This document shows positions 31,515-46,160 of a stretch of 64,000 nucleotides of DNA, piece after piece. The position numbers were made by a program, and so were the translations under genes. The stretch lies in the NCBI RefSeq assembly GCF_009914755.1, contig NC_060940.1; one strand, given 5' to 3'. Numbering within the stretch: the stretch's first letter is position 1; each line of letters opens with the position of its first letter. A model generated the notes under the pieces. The model was not told the DNA's origin and made no database searches. It saw only the letters and a list, made by a program, of their open reading frames with translations. The stretch comes from the human T2T-CHM13v2.0 reference genome, Homo sapiens.

Positions 31515-32020
31515 GCTCAAAGACAGTTTACTTAGCCAGGAAAACAGAAGTCATTCTATGTACTCAAGGTATGGAGGCTTTAATGTTGGGATTCGAGGGA
31601 TGCACAACGATTGGAAGAGCTGGGAGAATGAAAGTGAGATCCTCAGCCTGAAGCACTTAAGTGAGTGATTCTCCAACAGCTTGCTAGGAAGGCTGGGCAA
31701 TTCTCAAGAAAGTCTGGGAAGCTCCTAACACCTCCTTCTACAGCACCAAAGTGAGTTATTCTCAAAGTTCTTCAGAAAGCTGCTGAAAACCTCCTGTCAT
31801 CTTATGCACTTGGCTATAACTGCCTTCAAAGAAAAATGGCACCTTCTCTTTCACTTTCCCAATATCACACCTGTGCTTCTCATAGGCAAATTCTAACCTA
31901 GAGCCACATGGGGAAGAGGCTTCTGGGAAATGTAGCTCCTAGCTGCTCCCTGCTACAGGGAGAAGGAGACCCTTCTCTTGGAAGGAGAATGTGGTGATGG
32001 TGAGTTAACAACAGACAGCA
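31515..32020. mobile_element. Probable ancient ERVL-type LTR (family not assigned)
   Basis: ccaggaaaacagaagtcattctatgtactcaa start and ggcttctgggaaatgtagctcc end, seen in reversed old ERVL LTRs. Confidence 0.5.
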
Positions 32021-32615
32021 ATAGTGGAGCTAAAAACCACTCTTGGCACAATAATTGGCACTAACTAATTACCTGATGGAAATGAATGGGTGGAAGTCAA
32101 ATCATTGTAGGTGTAGTTGGCCAGTTAGATCACTCTATCTAAACATCGCTGTCTTGATTGATGTCTTAACTTATATTTGAGCACTATATTATTATTTACT
32201 TAATTCTTTTAATCTAAATCTTTACTCTTTTATTTAAATAAATTATTTCAAGAAACTTTATATCCATTCCACAAATGAAAAAGCAGTATTATTTTTGGCA
32301 GAGAAAAGATACCTGTTTTACAAAATGAAAACCAAACGATGCTGTAATTTCCCACTAAATACTGTTGCTCTCACCCAATCCTATCCCCTCACCATCACAA
32401 TGCCCCACCAACTCCCATTTTGACTGGAGTAGGTTTGTTTTTATGTGATTTATAGCCTAGGGGTTTCCTCCTCAGCTAAAAATCATCCCGCTGTTGACCA
32501 GTAACTAAAAATATCAGAGACCCAATCACATTGATACATTTGAAGGTGCTTTAATGAGGTGAAAGCAATGAAACTTCTAGCTGGAGCTTCGTTTGACTGG
32601 AAGGCCACCATCTCA

Positions 32616-33080
<465 letters not shown>

Positions 33081-33964
33081 TCACAGCTGTTATGGCATTT
33101 CAGAATGGCCAATATGGCCAGCCCATTACTCTCATGATGGCTGTGGGTGGGCAGGGAGGGTGTGATACCCTACACTTGGGCTGGGGAACTTCCTTACCAC
33201 CCTTGCTTCATACAAACTTGGAAAGGTAAAGCAATGTATCCAGTTTGTACAGGTAGCCAAGGGCAGAGCTGGGATGGGAACTCAGGCTGGTCTAACCACT
33301 GTACCACGTGGGCTCTTGTTGAAGGATTCCAGGAGGCAGCGACCATGCTTTGTGGGGTCAGCTCAACTGGAGTGAAGAACACGAAAGGCGAGAACTTCTG
33401 GAGCTCTGTGATACACTTCAGGGCATTGAGCAAAGCTGAAAGACTGTGACCTAGATTTGTCAGCCTCTGAAATTGTGCTTTATAAACTGGTTTTAGGAGA
33501 TACTCTTTGCTCCTGGTGGAATTTAAGCTCCAAGACCTATTCGGCAACTTGTTTCTTCTCAAATAGCTCTAGTTCAGGAATCCTTGCTCCTCAGATAACT
33601 CCCAAGTCTGCATTTGTTGTGGTCACTCACTTCTTCTCAGGGAGTTCTCAGGAGAGAAGAGACCCAGGCCACAGACAGGGACAGAGGTGTAGTCTGTGAG
33701 TCACCTGGCATGGAGACGAACAGGCAGGTGATGGAGCTGGTGCTGGCTGACACACTGGAATCTGCCTTTGCGTACACAAAGGAGTCTTTGCTTCTAGAGC
33801 CCATGACTGGCTTCCAGTGTCCTTTCCCCTCAGTGATATTGTTATTTGAGCTGAAGCTTTAAGTAATGAAATTTACAAACATAGATGAGGAGGCTACTGT
33901 GTTCCAGGCACAAGAATAGGGGCATCAGTATGTATTTCTTTGGCCAATGATGATAATAGCCATA

Positions 33965-34712
33965 AGAGGATAACATACCCATTAACATGGTTATCATCCA
34001 AACAAAACAAAACACAACAGAAAATAAAAAGTGTTGGCAAGGATGTGGAGAAATGGGAACCCTTGTCCATTGCTAGTGGGAATGCAAAATGTGGTGGCCA
34101 CTGTGGAAAACATTATGGCCATTACTCAAAAAATTAAACATAGAATTACCATGTGATCCAGCAATTCCACTTTTAGGTATATCCCTAGAAGAATCGAAAG
34201 TAAGGACTGAAACCTACATTTGTACGCCAGTGTTTATAGCAGCATTATTCACAATAGCCAATAGGTAGAAGCAACCCAAATGGCTATCAATGAATGAATA
34301 AACAATATGTGACATATACATATAATGAAATATGATTCAGCCTTAAAGGGAATGAAATTCTGATACATGCTACAACATGGATGAACCTTGGAAACCTTAT
34401 GCTAAGTGAAACGAGCCAGACATAAAAGGACAAATACTATGATTCCACTTATACGAGGTACACAGGACAGTCAAATTCAGAGAGAAAGACAACAGCATGG
34501 TAGTCCCCATGGACTGGGGGTGGGGAAAAGGGGAGTTGTAGTTTGGTGGGTATACATTTTCAATACGGGAAAATAAAAGTTTTAGAGTTACTTTTGGAGA
34601 CAGATCACGTTGCACAACAATGTGAATGTGTTTAATGCTACTGAATTGTACACTCAGAAACGATGAAAATGGTAAATTTTATGTTATGCATATTTTACCA
34701 CTATTTTAAAAA
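33965..34712 (+). mobile_element. L1MB-like 3' end
   Basis: gtgttggcaaggatgtggagaaatgggaaccc ... aatggtaaattttatgttatgcatattttaccac. Confidence 0.9.
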
Positions 34713-35194
34713 AGTTATTTACTCTTTTTATAATTGACGAAACAGGCTCTGAGAAAGGGAGACAGCATAAAAGTTTAACCTTTTGAAGTCTGGGCATGTC
34801 TTCCTTGTCTCTTTGCTTAGTCCCTTATCTAAGAACTTCTTCAAAAAGCATTTATGGATTATCTTATAAATGCAAAACACACTCACCCACACTATGTGCT
34901 GGGGGCTGGGAGAGCCTGGAGGACTCACATTTAGCAGGGGATGTGTTAGAGAGTGGGGGAGAATGGGGAATGAAGACCTGGGTATGATGGTACCTCGGAA
35001 GGCAGAATGTCATCAGGGCTGAGGAAGGTGGAAAGAGGGGTTGGGAAAGGCAGGGAAGTGGAGAATAACTTCTAGGTGGGGAGGCAAGGAGATCCAGAAG
35101 CACTTTACAGAAAGAGTGGGCAGGATGTTCTAAGAGGAGTTAGGGATTCCAGGAGGAGGATACAGTGTTAACATGGCAACAAGAATGAGAATAT

Positions 35195-35339
35195 GAACAG
35201 TGCTTACTCCATACCAAGTGGTGTTCTCAGCACTTGATACGCATTATCTCCTTTTATCCTCATAACCTCTCAGAGAGGCAGGAATTTTTATTATTCTCAT
35301 TTTACAAAGGAGGAAAGAGAAGCCCAGAAAGGTTAAGAC

Positions 35340-35365
<26 letters not shown>
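35195..35365 (-). mobile_element. MIR
   Basis: cattttacaaaggaggaaagagaagcccagaaaggttaagacacctgtcaaaggtcacacagctag. Confidence 0.8.
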
Positions 35366-36059
<694 letters not shown>

Positions 36060-36258
36060 AATTACACTCTCTTCTGTTCCGAAAGGAGTTAGGGAAGGAG
36101 TAGCAAGTGAGAATCTTCATGGAACAGGTGAGGGAATGGGAGGCCAGTGGCTAGGAGAATGAGGGTTTAGAGTCAGGAATGGTGGTGTTCAGTGCTGCTG
36201 ATTATGAATATTCACCACATAATATCAGGAGGTGGGGCTCACTGGGGCCATCTTGAAG

Positions 36259-36770
36259 GTAGTAGCCAGCTTTCAAGATGGCACCAGTGAGTGCCACCTC
36301 TTGATATTCATGCCTTTAAGGACATCCCTCTCATACTGAACAGAGATGATGTGTGTAGCCAATAGGATATGGGGCAAATGATGGCATACAACTTCCAAGG
36401 CCAGGGCATACAAGGCATTGTGGCTTCTGTCTCGCCTCCACTTGGATCACTTGCTCTGAAGGCAGCTGGCTGCCATGTTGTAAGGACACTCAAGCAGCCC
36501 TATGTAGAATTCCACCTGGAGAGGAATTGGGGCATCCTGCCCACAAACATGGAAGTTAGCCACCTTGGAAATGGATTCTCCATCCCCAGTTGAGCCTTCA
36601 GGTGACTGCAACCCCACTGACATCATGACTACAACCTCATGAGAAAGCCCGGGACTTACATCACTCCAAATTCCCGCTCTCAAATTCCTGACCTAGAGAA
36701 ATAGTGTGAGATAGTTACATGTTGACTGTTTGTTTAAGCCACTGCATTTGGGGCTTAAAAATTACCCCAA
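36259..36770 (+). mobile_element. MLT1F-like LTR
   Basis: gtagccagctttcaagatggcaccagtga...cctcttgatattcatgcc...aaattcctgacc...tgtttaagccact. Confidence 0.82.
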
Positions 36771-37699
36771 GGTAATTTTTTATATAATTCAGATGAAATA
36801 AATAGCTACTGTAATAGCCAAAATGACTCCTTCTTTGGCCTCTGTCTAGACAATAATGTTTCTTTCAGAATGAAAAAAATGCATGGGTCATTAGTACCTG
36901 AACTTTAAGCTTAAGGAATATTTCATTCTAGCAAGGAGTAGAGGAAGCTCACAGAATAATTTCTACATGCTGACACTCCTGATACTGTACTCTACACTTC
37001 TTTAACTCATGGTTTCTCACCCTGGGCTGCCAACTGCCTCACACAGATGTGGCTGTGCTCTCTGGCTGAAGGAAACCTTCAAGGGCCAGAGGAAGGCATC
37101 CATGGAGAAAGGATAACATATAATGCTGGATAGAGATGGGATAGCAAAGAAATTCCTTTCTTTTCCAGAACTGCAGGTGCATTCCCACCAGGATCCGTTA
37201 GTCTGCCTGCCTGGCCGGCCCCTGTCACTGGCCGGCCCATGAGCTCCTTGGGGGTAGGGGCTGAGCCTCATTTTCTTTATGATTCCAGACCCTGCTGTGT
37301 TGTTTAATCTTGGGTGGTATATGACCGTGGACTCAACCAGACCCTGGTGATGGACCCTGGTTTCCAATTGTTTTGCTGTTATGAAGAATGCTGCTAAGAA
37401 CGTCCACTGAAAAGTTTTGTGTAGTGTATCCATAGTGTAAAATCCTGTCAATAGACATCTACATAGGGTGCTCTAGTTCTTCACTTTCTGAATTTGAGGA
37501 GATACCCCTTAGGGCAGGAGACGCAGGAGTCGTAAGGGGAGGGCAGCAGGAAGATAGACCCCTCCTCCAGAGGAGGACAATCGTGCCCTGAGGCAGGGGG
37601 ATGGCAGAGAGGCTTCCTGGAGTTCCTTCCTCATTGCCAGTGGGTCTCGTTTTAAGTAAACAAAGGCTGTTGGGAGAGGGTGGAGCCAGGTGGAGGGGC

Positions 37700-38950
37700 C
37701 CATGTGGCTTGGGCAAGACTGCCAGCCGCACGCCATTGCCAATCCTGGCTCTAGGGGGTGTGCGGTGGATGCCAGCCTTCAGCCCTCCTCTTGGTCCTCT
37801 GCTTCCGGCCTTTCCCTCTGCAGTGCCCCCGAGCGGCCTGATGGTGTCACCAGAGCGCACTTCTTCCTGGAAGGGGCCTGGGCCCTAGAGAAGCGGCCAC
37901 GGAAGACCTGCGTGGACCGGGCGCCCATGGCACCTGGAAAGGAATCGGAGGCAAGGACACAACGGGGGTGTTCTGAGCCGAGAACACAGGAAGGAGTTCC
38001 GGCCCAGGGTCATGAGACGTCCTTGTCCCCTTTTTTCTCTGTTGGGTTTAGTTTTGAGAAGCCATTCATTGTCAGGAGGGAGTAACATGAGACTCTGAGG
38101 CCAAATGTGTAACAATTTGCGGCTGAGTGTTCTCTCTCCCCACTCCCTCCCTCCTACTCTGCCTGTGCTCACGCCCCTTTCAGAATGTGCCTTTGGCCCA
38201 GCGATCTGGCCTTCCCAGTCTTCTGGGTGCTGCTGGGCACTGCTGGAGGAATAGGAAGAGGACTTGGGCAGGCGCCAGCCCCATGCAGTATGCGCGAATG
38301 TGACTCTAAGGCACACAGCATGTGCCCCCGACAGCCCAGACGGGTGTGGGCAGCCCCGGGCCACACGGGCCATGGCGGAGAGTTGCTGCCCCTCCCTACC
38401 CAGCAATTAAGCCGAGGCTGTGACAGCGACGTGGGCCGGGTGCTGTCTGGGGTTTCCTTCCCGGGCCGGTTGTGTGTCCAGGCCCCCGGGGAATCTGGGA
38501 TAAGACACTGGGGGCGCTGCCGTGGGAAAGGCCAAGGGACACCGTCTGGACGGGTTCCCCGAGACCACGTGCTCTAAGCCCCGAGTCTGATCCCAGGCAG
38601 GGTGCCCCGCCTCTCCCAGCTCCGTCTCTGCTCCCCACGGGACCTGCTGTCTCCAGCAGACCTGGAGGTGAGCCCAGCCCCTGGCCGCGGAACTGGGAGA
38701 GAAAGGCCTTCCTGGGGCCTGGGAGGAGCTTTGCGAGTCAAAGCCTCTGCACAGGCGCTGGCCTCCTTCCGCTGTCTTTGTGTGGCCCCCATGGGAATGG
38801 TGTCCTGGGAGAGCTGCGAGTGCCAGTGTGTTTTCAGACAGAATGACAAGGAGGAGAAGGAAGAATGGGAGAAGGAGGAGGGAGAAGAAGAGGGACCGGA
38901 AACAAAAGGGAGGAAGGGGCAGCTTTGGGCAGCGTGGGCGTAGGCATAGG
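37700..38950. promoter_or_regulatory. GC- and CpG-enriched unique sequence (borderline orphan CpG island)
   Basis: Visible CpG retention, densest at ~38290-38700; CpG o/e not computed. Confidence 0.4.
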
Positions 38951-39163
38951 AAATGCAGCCCCATGCAAGATGACCTTCTGGAAACCATACTACACAGTGT
39001 AAAAACGCCTCAGCGCAATGGCAATGGGAAGGAAAGAGCGATCCCTGGGGCAGGCCACAGGGAGGCCTGCTGGGGTCTCAGTGGCCAGAGCTCAGCTGGA
39101 GACACCCTGCCTGAGAAGCCAGGCCTCTCCGTCTGGCAAGGGAAGAAGAAAAGACTCTCCATC

Positions 39164-39460
39164 GGCCGGGCGCGGTGGCTCAAGCCTGTAATCCCAGCAC
39201 TTTGGGAGGCCGAGGCGGGCAGATCACAAGGTCAGGAGATCGAGACCATCCTGGCTAACACGGTGAAACCCCGTCTCTACTAAAAATATAAAAATTAGCT
39301 GGACGTGGCTGCGTACACCTGTAGTCCCAGCTGCTGGGGAGGCTGAGGCAGGAGAATGGCGTGAACCTGGGAGGCGGAGCTTGCAGTGAGCCGAAATCGC
39401 GCCACTGCGCTCCAGACTGGGCGACAGAGCGAGACTCCGTCTCAAAAAAAAAAAAAAAAG
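39164..39460 (+). mobile_element. AluY
   Basis: ggccgggcgcggtgg start, AluY diagnostics, TSD aagaaaagactctccat (39146-39162 and 39458-39474). Confidence 0.96.
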
Positions 39461-40059
39461 AAAAGACTCTCCATGATGGTCGTGCGGGCAGAAACATTTG
39501 CAGCACGTGCAATCCCTAACCCGCACTGATCTGCCCTGTCTACACTAGGCTCCCCATCCACCCTTACAGCTCACCCAGAGATGTGGGACAGGCGAGAGGG
39601 CAGCCAGAGGGAGCGGTCCTTCTGTGTTTTTCAGCTGGAAAGGTCTCTCGCGCTGCTTGGAGTGCACTCAGAGAAGAGGATTTGTTCCCTTAATTGATAA
39701 TGAATATCAGAAAGGTCATCTTTACATTATGAGCGGGGTGGGAATTGTGTGTGTGCAAAGGGTGGGGAAAAAAATCACAAAAATAAATGACATCCAGCAC
39801 TCTGTGTTTGCATCTCCAGAAGGGGCAGGGAGATGATGAATCCAGGGGGACTGAGAAGCTCGAAGCGGCAGAAATAAAGGGGAGATAATAGAGGGGGAGC
39901 AAGAGAGGCAGAGCAAGAGGGGAAAGTGAGAAGAGAGGGAAGGAGGAAAGACAGGCCTAGGAGAGGAGGTCCAGAGAGGGAGGGAGGCAGGATGGAGGGG
40001 AGAGGTGGCCAGGTGGGCTGTTCCCATCACAGAAGCCCATCCCGCCTCCTGGGGCATGA

Positions 40060-40885
40060 GGGATCATTTCTCAAATACTGCAAGTGGCCAAAGTGAAGTG
40101 CACATAGGATCATGCCCCTCTGCCTTGTTCAATAGTTCCGTGGGTCCCCATTGACCTCAGGAGTCCAACAACACAGTTCCTCAACATGGTTCACTGGACC
40201 CTGGATGGTCCAGCCCACCTGGACCTACCCCTGCATTTCCTTGACTAGGCTCCTCCTCCAAAAAGTCTTACCAGATTCCTAAGAGCTTCCTCTATGTGCT
40301 GGCCTCCCTGTCTGAGACATCGCGCTGTGCTGTAAGTGCCTGTTAGGTGTCTGTGTCTGCCAGGAGACTCCATGCTGCCCGAGAGTGGGGACCCATCTTA
40401 GTCACCATCGCATGCATGCACAGAGTCACCTTTGCATGCATGTTAGTCCATTTTTCGTTGCTACAAAGGAACACCTGAGGCTGAGTAGTTTATAAAGAAA
40501 AGAGTTTTATTTTGCTCATGGTTCTGCAGGCTGTACAAGAAGCATGGTGTCTGCATCTACTTCTGGTGAGGGTCTCCGGGAGCTTTTACTCAAGGTGGAA
40601 GGTAAAGGGGGAGCAGGTGTGTCTCCTGGAGAGAGAGAAAGGAGGTCCTAATTTCTTTAACAACCAGATCTCATGTGAACTAACAGAGTGAGTGAGAACT
40701 CACTCATCACTAAGGGGATGGCACCAAGCCATATGTGAAGGATCCACTCCCATGACCAAAACACCTCCCACTACAACCTACTCCAACATTGGGGATCGCA
40801 TTTCAACAGGAGATTTGGAGGGGACAAACATCCAAACCATATCAGTGTGTATCTGGGCTGTGCATGTAGGACATAATTGTTGAAT
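40060..40885 (+). mobile_element. LINE-2 3' fragments split by an MST LTR
   Basis: gatcatgcccctctgc...ctccatgctgcccgagagtggggaccc...ataattgttgaat. Confidence 0.6.
40436..40844 (-). mobile_element. MSTB-like solo LTR
   Basis: tgttagtccatttttcgttgctacaaaggaacacctgaggctg ... ggagatttggaggggacaaacatccaaaccatatca. Confidence 0.92.
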
Positions 40886-41457
40886 TGTGTGGAACCATTT
40901 AACCTCTTCTAGTAGAATCCCCACAAAAGGGTGTTCTTCCTTTTTCTTATATTTGGGGAAAAGGCCTTAAGGAACAGAGCATCTAGTTCCTGCTGGAGGT
41001 TCAATGTGGGGAGCGGATAAACCAGCTGAGCCTCAGTTTCCCTGAGAGTCATATTTTGGATGGAAAATAAAACATCCACAGGAGAGGTTCCTTGTGCCCC
41101 AGGGCATTGGCAATGGGAGAGTCCAAGGGCCTCCCTCTTCTCTCCCACTGACCTCACTCCTGACCCTGGGCAGGACAGGAGGGCAGGTAGCTGCACATGG
41201 GGATGAGCCTGTCATGCGACCATCACAGAGAGGGCCCTCCACTGAGGCTGACACATGCCACCTCAAACAATTTGGTGCTTCTTGATGTCTTTGATGACAA
41301 AAGTCAAGAGCTGGTGACTTGGGAACACTGCTTCCAGCTGGCCCCCTGACTGGGAAGCCTGGCATGGCATCAGTGGGTAGAGGACTGATGAACATCAGGG
41401 ATAACCCAGTTTTCCTCAATATAAAAAGGTGGGAAATTATCAGTGTAGGAAGAGAGC

Positions 41458-41650
41458 TGTGTATGTGCAGGTGTGGGTGTGTGTATGTAGATCTATGTAA
41501 GTTGAGTGTGTGTAAGAGTGTGTGGTGTGTGTATGCACATATGTATGTGTATGCATGGGTGTATAAGTGTGTGTATGTATATTTGTATATGTGTGTACGC
41601 ATGTGTGTATGTGTATGCGAATGTGTGTGAGTGTGTGTGTGTGTGTGTGA
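41458..41650. repeat. Degenerate (TG)n/(TATG)n microsatellite
   Basis: Continuous TG-rich alternating repeat. Confidence 0.93.
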
Positions 41651-42265
41651 GACAAATGAACACCTGGGGATGGTGATGGAGGAATATGGGGTTCTCAGAC
41701 TTTATTGCTCTCCAGACAGAAGAGGGGAATTATTTTTTTTATTTCTATGAATGCTTTTATCACTTTTCTTACAAAAAATATAATCTAAAAATTATTTTTG
41801 TGTGTATTCCTTTCCATAAGTGGTATCATATGACAGCCATTTGTTCCTGTCAAAATAGATTTGGCAGCGGGTGAGGGAGAGAGAGCCACCCCTCTGGCCA
41901 TGCCGATTAAGTGGGCCAGTTGAGGGCACGGGGGCGCCCAGCCTGCTCTGCAGGACGGCTTGGGAGGCAGAGGCTCTTCCAAGAGCCCAGACAGGGTGGT
42001 GGAGTGGAGGATGTGGGAGATTTGAACCTCCATGTAAGTGACCATGTTTATTCTATGTTTTCATTGCAGAGTCAGGTGGGGAAGGCACAGTGTTCAGAAC
42101 ATTCACTGTGCCATTCTCTGTGCCCATCATAGCAATTCCTTCTCCATGTTCATGGAACACCTCCTATGGGCAGCACAGTTCCAGGCACTGGGGACACAGT
42201 GATGTATAGAGGAGACAGTCTGCTTATTATAGTTTATAACAATACTCTAAAATTATAAACATATC

Positions 42266-42626
42266 TGAATACAATTTGGCTCTGTGTCCCCACCCAAATC
42301 TCACCTTGAATTGCAATAATCCCCACAGGTAGTGGGAGGGACGCAGTGGAAGGTAATTGAATCATAGGAGCAGGTTTTTCCCATGCTGATCTCATGATAG
42401 TGAATAAGTCTCATCAGATCTGATGGTTTTATAATGGGGATTTCCCCTGTACAAGCTCTCTTGCCTGCCACCATGTAAGACGTCCCATTGCTCTTCCTTT
42501 GTCTTCCACCATGATTGTGAGGCCTCCCCAGCCATGTGGAATTGTGAGTCCATTAAACTTCTTTCCTTTATAAATTACCCAGTCTTGGGTATGTCTTTAT
42601 TAGCCACATGAGAAGTGACTAATACA
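42266..42626 (+). mobile_element. THE1 (B/C/D-like) solo LTR
   Basis: tttggctctgtgtccccacccaaatctcaccttgaattg ... ataaattacccagtcttgggtatgtctttattagc...ctaataca. Confidence 0.95.
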
Positions 42627-42699
42627 TGTATTGAGTAGTATATTTTATAATAAAATACGATATTGTCTATCATAAGCATTTGTTTATTGTTTTATTTAA

Positions 42700-42915
42700 T
42701 GGTAATAATAATAATGGCTTTCATTAATGAACCTCTCATTATGTTCAAGGCTTTACCTCCATCATTTGCTTTAATCCCCACAGTAGCCTTTTATGGGATA
42801 TTCAATATCTTCATTTTACACACATGAAAACTGAGGCTCCTGGAAATTAAGTGGCCCAGGCTGAGACTGAGTGTAGGACCAGACTTTCAATCTCAAGAAG
42901 TCTAACCACCATGTT
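42700..42915 (-). mobile_element. MIR
   Basis: cattttacacacatgaaaactgaggctc. Confidence 0.7.
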
Positions 42916-44440
42916 TATTATGCATCAGAGTGTCTCAGAGTGTAAACTCTAGGCCCTCCTCTGAGCGTGCTGGCATTCAGGGGCTGACTGCTCTGAAATA
43001 CCTGAGTCCCAGGGAGGATCACCGCACACATCAGGGAAGCCCGGTTTCATGCAAGACGCCCTGCAATTAGTCAGTCCCTGCTTTTTGATTTAATTCTTCC
43101 CCTAATGTGTGTTCATCATGTAACTCAGGAAAGATTGGTATTCAGGGAAGGAGCATCAAAGATGGTAATTAAACTGTCTCTGCTGATGCGCTCAGTCTCT
43201 GGGAACAGACCTGTTTGATTCCGCAAAGGAAATCATTGGTATTTTAACAGGAGGCAGGAAACTTTTGATTAGCGAGTGATAGATAAACAGATCGATGCCT
43301 TTTCTGGCGACATTTTCAGCTTCATTATTGTCACTGGAAAAGAGATGGGGGTGGAGGGAAGATGAGAAAAGTCCTGGTGGGTCCTCCAGGGTCTGAAGGC
43401 GGGGAGGGGCGTGCAGGGGAGGGGGCAGTGCCAGGCTGGGCACGGGGCCTGGGGCTGGCAGGCTTGGGGCCTTAGGAAATCAAGGCTGGGCCCCTGTCCC
43501 TGAATCGGGGGTGGTGGGAGGGGAAGACTGCAAAGGACACTGCTGCGCGGCTTTAGAGCTGCCCCAGACAGGGGCCTGATGAGATTCTGCTGGCAGCGGA
43601 GCTTTTCCGTGATCGTCTAAACCTGTGTTCCCAGCCTCTGCAGCACCCCCCACTTGATTGCTGCTCTCTCAAGGTCAGGGGGAGTTAAGACCAGAGATTA
43701 TGCAGTGTCAGTCGCGCCTTTTTGAAATATGACTCAGTGTAATCTCTTTCCACACCAGAGGAGAGATGCCAAAATCGCACTTCAATCTCTAGCTCGCAAT
43801 GGGCTTATTGGGATTTTAGCGGGGCTCTGGCTAGATAAGATCGTTTCTTCTCCCAGGGTGCCCTTTTACAAACTTTGGATAAGGAGACCATAACTTAGCG
43901 AGGGCAGATTTCCAGGTGTCGGGGACCCTGTGCCCAGCTGACAGAGCAGGGGCCGGGCCACCCAGTACCATTGGTCCCGACACCAGGGCAGGAGGGACAA
44001 GTGGGCTCTTGCAGTATGTGTCTCCCCCTGACAGCCACACACGTGCAAAAATCCCAGCTCATCTTCATCTTTCTGACCCTCATTGTCCTCGTGTGCAACA
44101 TAGAAATCAGCAGGCTCCCCTCTCAAGGTCATTCTGACGTTTAGCAATGACATAGGAAAAGCCTCTGGTTCCTTTATAGGTGCTAATCAATGGGAAGTCC
44201 ATTCTGTTTTCCCTGGTTTTGACCTTTGTATTTTTAGATACCTTGTGGAGGGTGGGGGAAAAGTAAAAGGCAGCCAGAAAGTTTCATGATGGTACCTGGG
44301 ACACATAGGTAGCTGGCAATTTGCCAACCCCTACCTTCCCCAAGCACATTAGAGACATCCACCTGCAATGCAATCCTCCCCAGAGATATCGAGTCTCTGT
44401 GGTGCAGTCACTATATGGCCCATGTGTCTGCTACCTTGAC

Positions 44441-44633
44441 TGATTGGCTAAGCTTGACTCGCTGCCCAACTTCTTGGCCAGGAGAGACAGCGTTCAAACA
44501 ATTGGAGGATCTCATTGGCTAAGCTTGACTCACTGCCCTACTCATTGGCCAGGAGAGACAGTATTCAAACAATTAGAGAATCTCATTGGCTAAGCTTGAC
44601 TCACTGCCCTACATTGGCAGAGCACTTGATTGG
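44441..44633 (-). repeat. 71-bp CCAAT/AP-1 module array A (~2.5 units, inverted relative to array B)
   Basis: attggctaagcttgactc recurs at 44443, 44514 and 44585; end cattggcagagcacttgattg is the reverse complement of 45301-45321. Confidence 0.95.
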
Positions 44634-44879
44634 TAAAAGGAAAGGGGTTGGGGGGAGCCAGATGGTGAGGAGGTGCTTGCTGGCAGCAAAAGAGACAATG
44701 TGTATGTTGTTCTGGTGCCAAGATTCCAGGCTTTGGGTTCCTGCTTCATCATGTTGGTGCCTTGAGTTTTCCCCTAAACTCTCTCCTTCTCTTTTCTCCC
44801 TCCTCCCGTGTGTGCTCCCACTCTGCCTTGAGAATCCATGTTGTGGAGAGTTTGACTGCACAGGCCTTGGAGACCAACA

Positions 44880-45050
44880 GCTCTGCAGTCACATCCTGGC
44901 TCTGGGAGTGGTGAGCTCAGTGCAGATCCCTTAGCTGAGCCCCACCTACAAAGTCCATTGCCTTGTATGGCTGTTGGGAGGTTGAAATAAGATCATGGGT
45001 ACAACATGCTTAGTTCACTGCCCAGCACAAGGTGAGGGCTCCATAAATGT
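44880..45050 (+). mobile_element. MIR fragment
   Basis: gttgggaggttgaaataagatcatggg...tgcccagcacaagg...ctccataaatgt. Confidence 0.6.
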
Positions 45051-45300
45051 AGGTATAGCAGCAGCTGTTCCTACTGACCCATTTCCCTCCTTAGGGCTTG
45101 GAGAGATACTTTCTAGTCATTTGATAGGGCATAAGTAGATACAGAGTAAAGTGGGATTCTTAGGAAAATCATCTTTCTTGACCTCGTTGATGACCCTTGT
45201 CGTGGCCAGTTATTGTTTGTCCATCCCTCCTGCCTCCCCACTCCATTTATGGTAAGAACAATGAATGGCCTTTCCACAGTCCTCCTGTTGGTAGGGCTGT

Positions 45301-45950
<650 letters not shown>

Positions 45951-45964
45951 TTCACTGTCTCAAG

Positions 45965-46160
45965 ATGAAAAATGAATGGTTGGAGCTTGGTTCCAATCTT
46001 AGCAGACTTTGTACAGGCTCTTGCTCCCCAGGTCCCTCACACCTGCCCTTTTTGAGCCTAGCACTTTGGCTGATTCTGAGAGCTACCCCACACCTTTCAA
46101 GAGAGGTCCCCTCTGTGCCTAGGCCAGCCAGGGTTGGTTTCTGTTGCTTGTCTCCAAAAA
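45965..46160 (+). mobile_element. Old MLT1-like LTR 3' part
   Basis: tgagagctaccccacacctttcaa...ggccagccagggttggtttctgttgcttg is a typical MLT1 3' end. Confidence 0.6.

Noticed and set aside
37459-39283. Dense overlapping long ORFs, including acidic EEKEEWEKEEGEEE
   Set aside because: Expected from high GC content and a purine tract; no recognisable domain, and one ORF runs into an Alu.
39164-39460. ctcaagcctg variant as evidence of an Old World monkey AluY subfamily, or of GC-biased conversion
   Set aside because: A single substitution is insufficient, the L1PA2-type element points to a hominid, and the changes in this Alu go in both directions.
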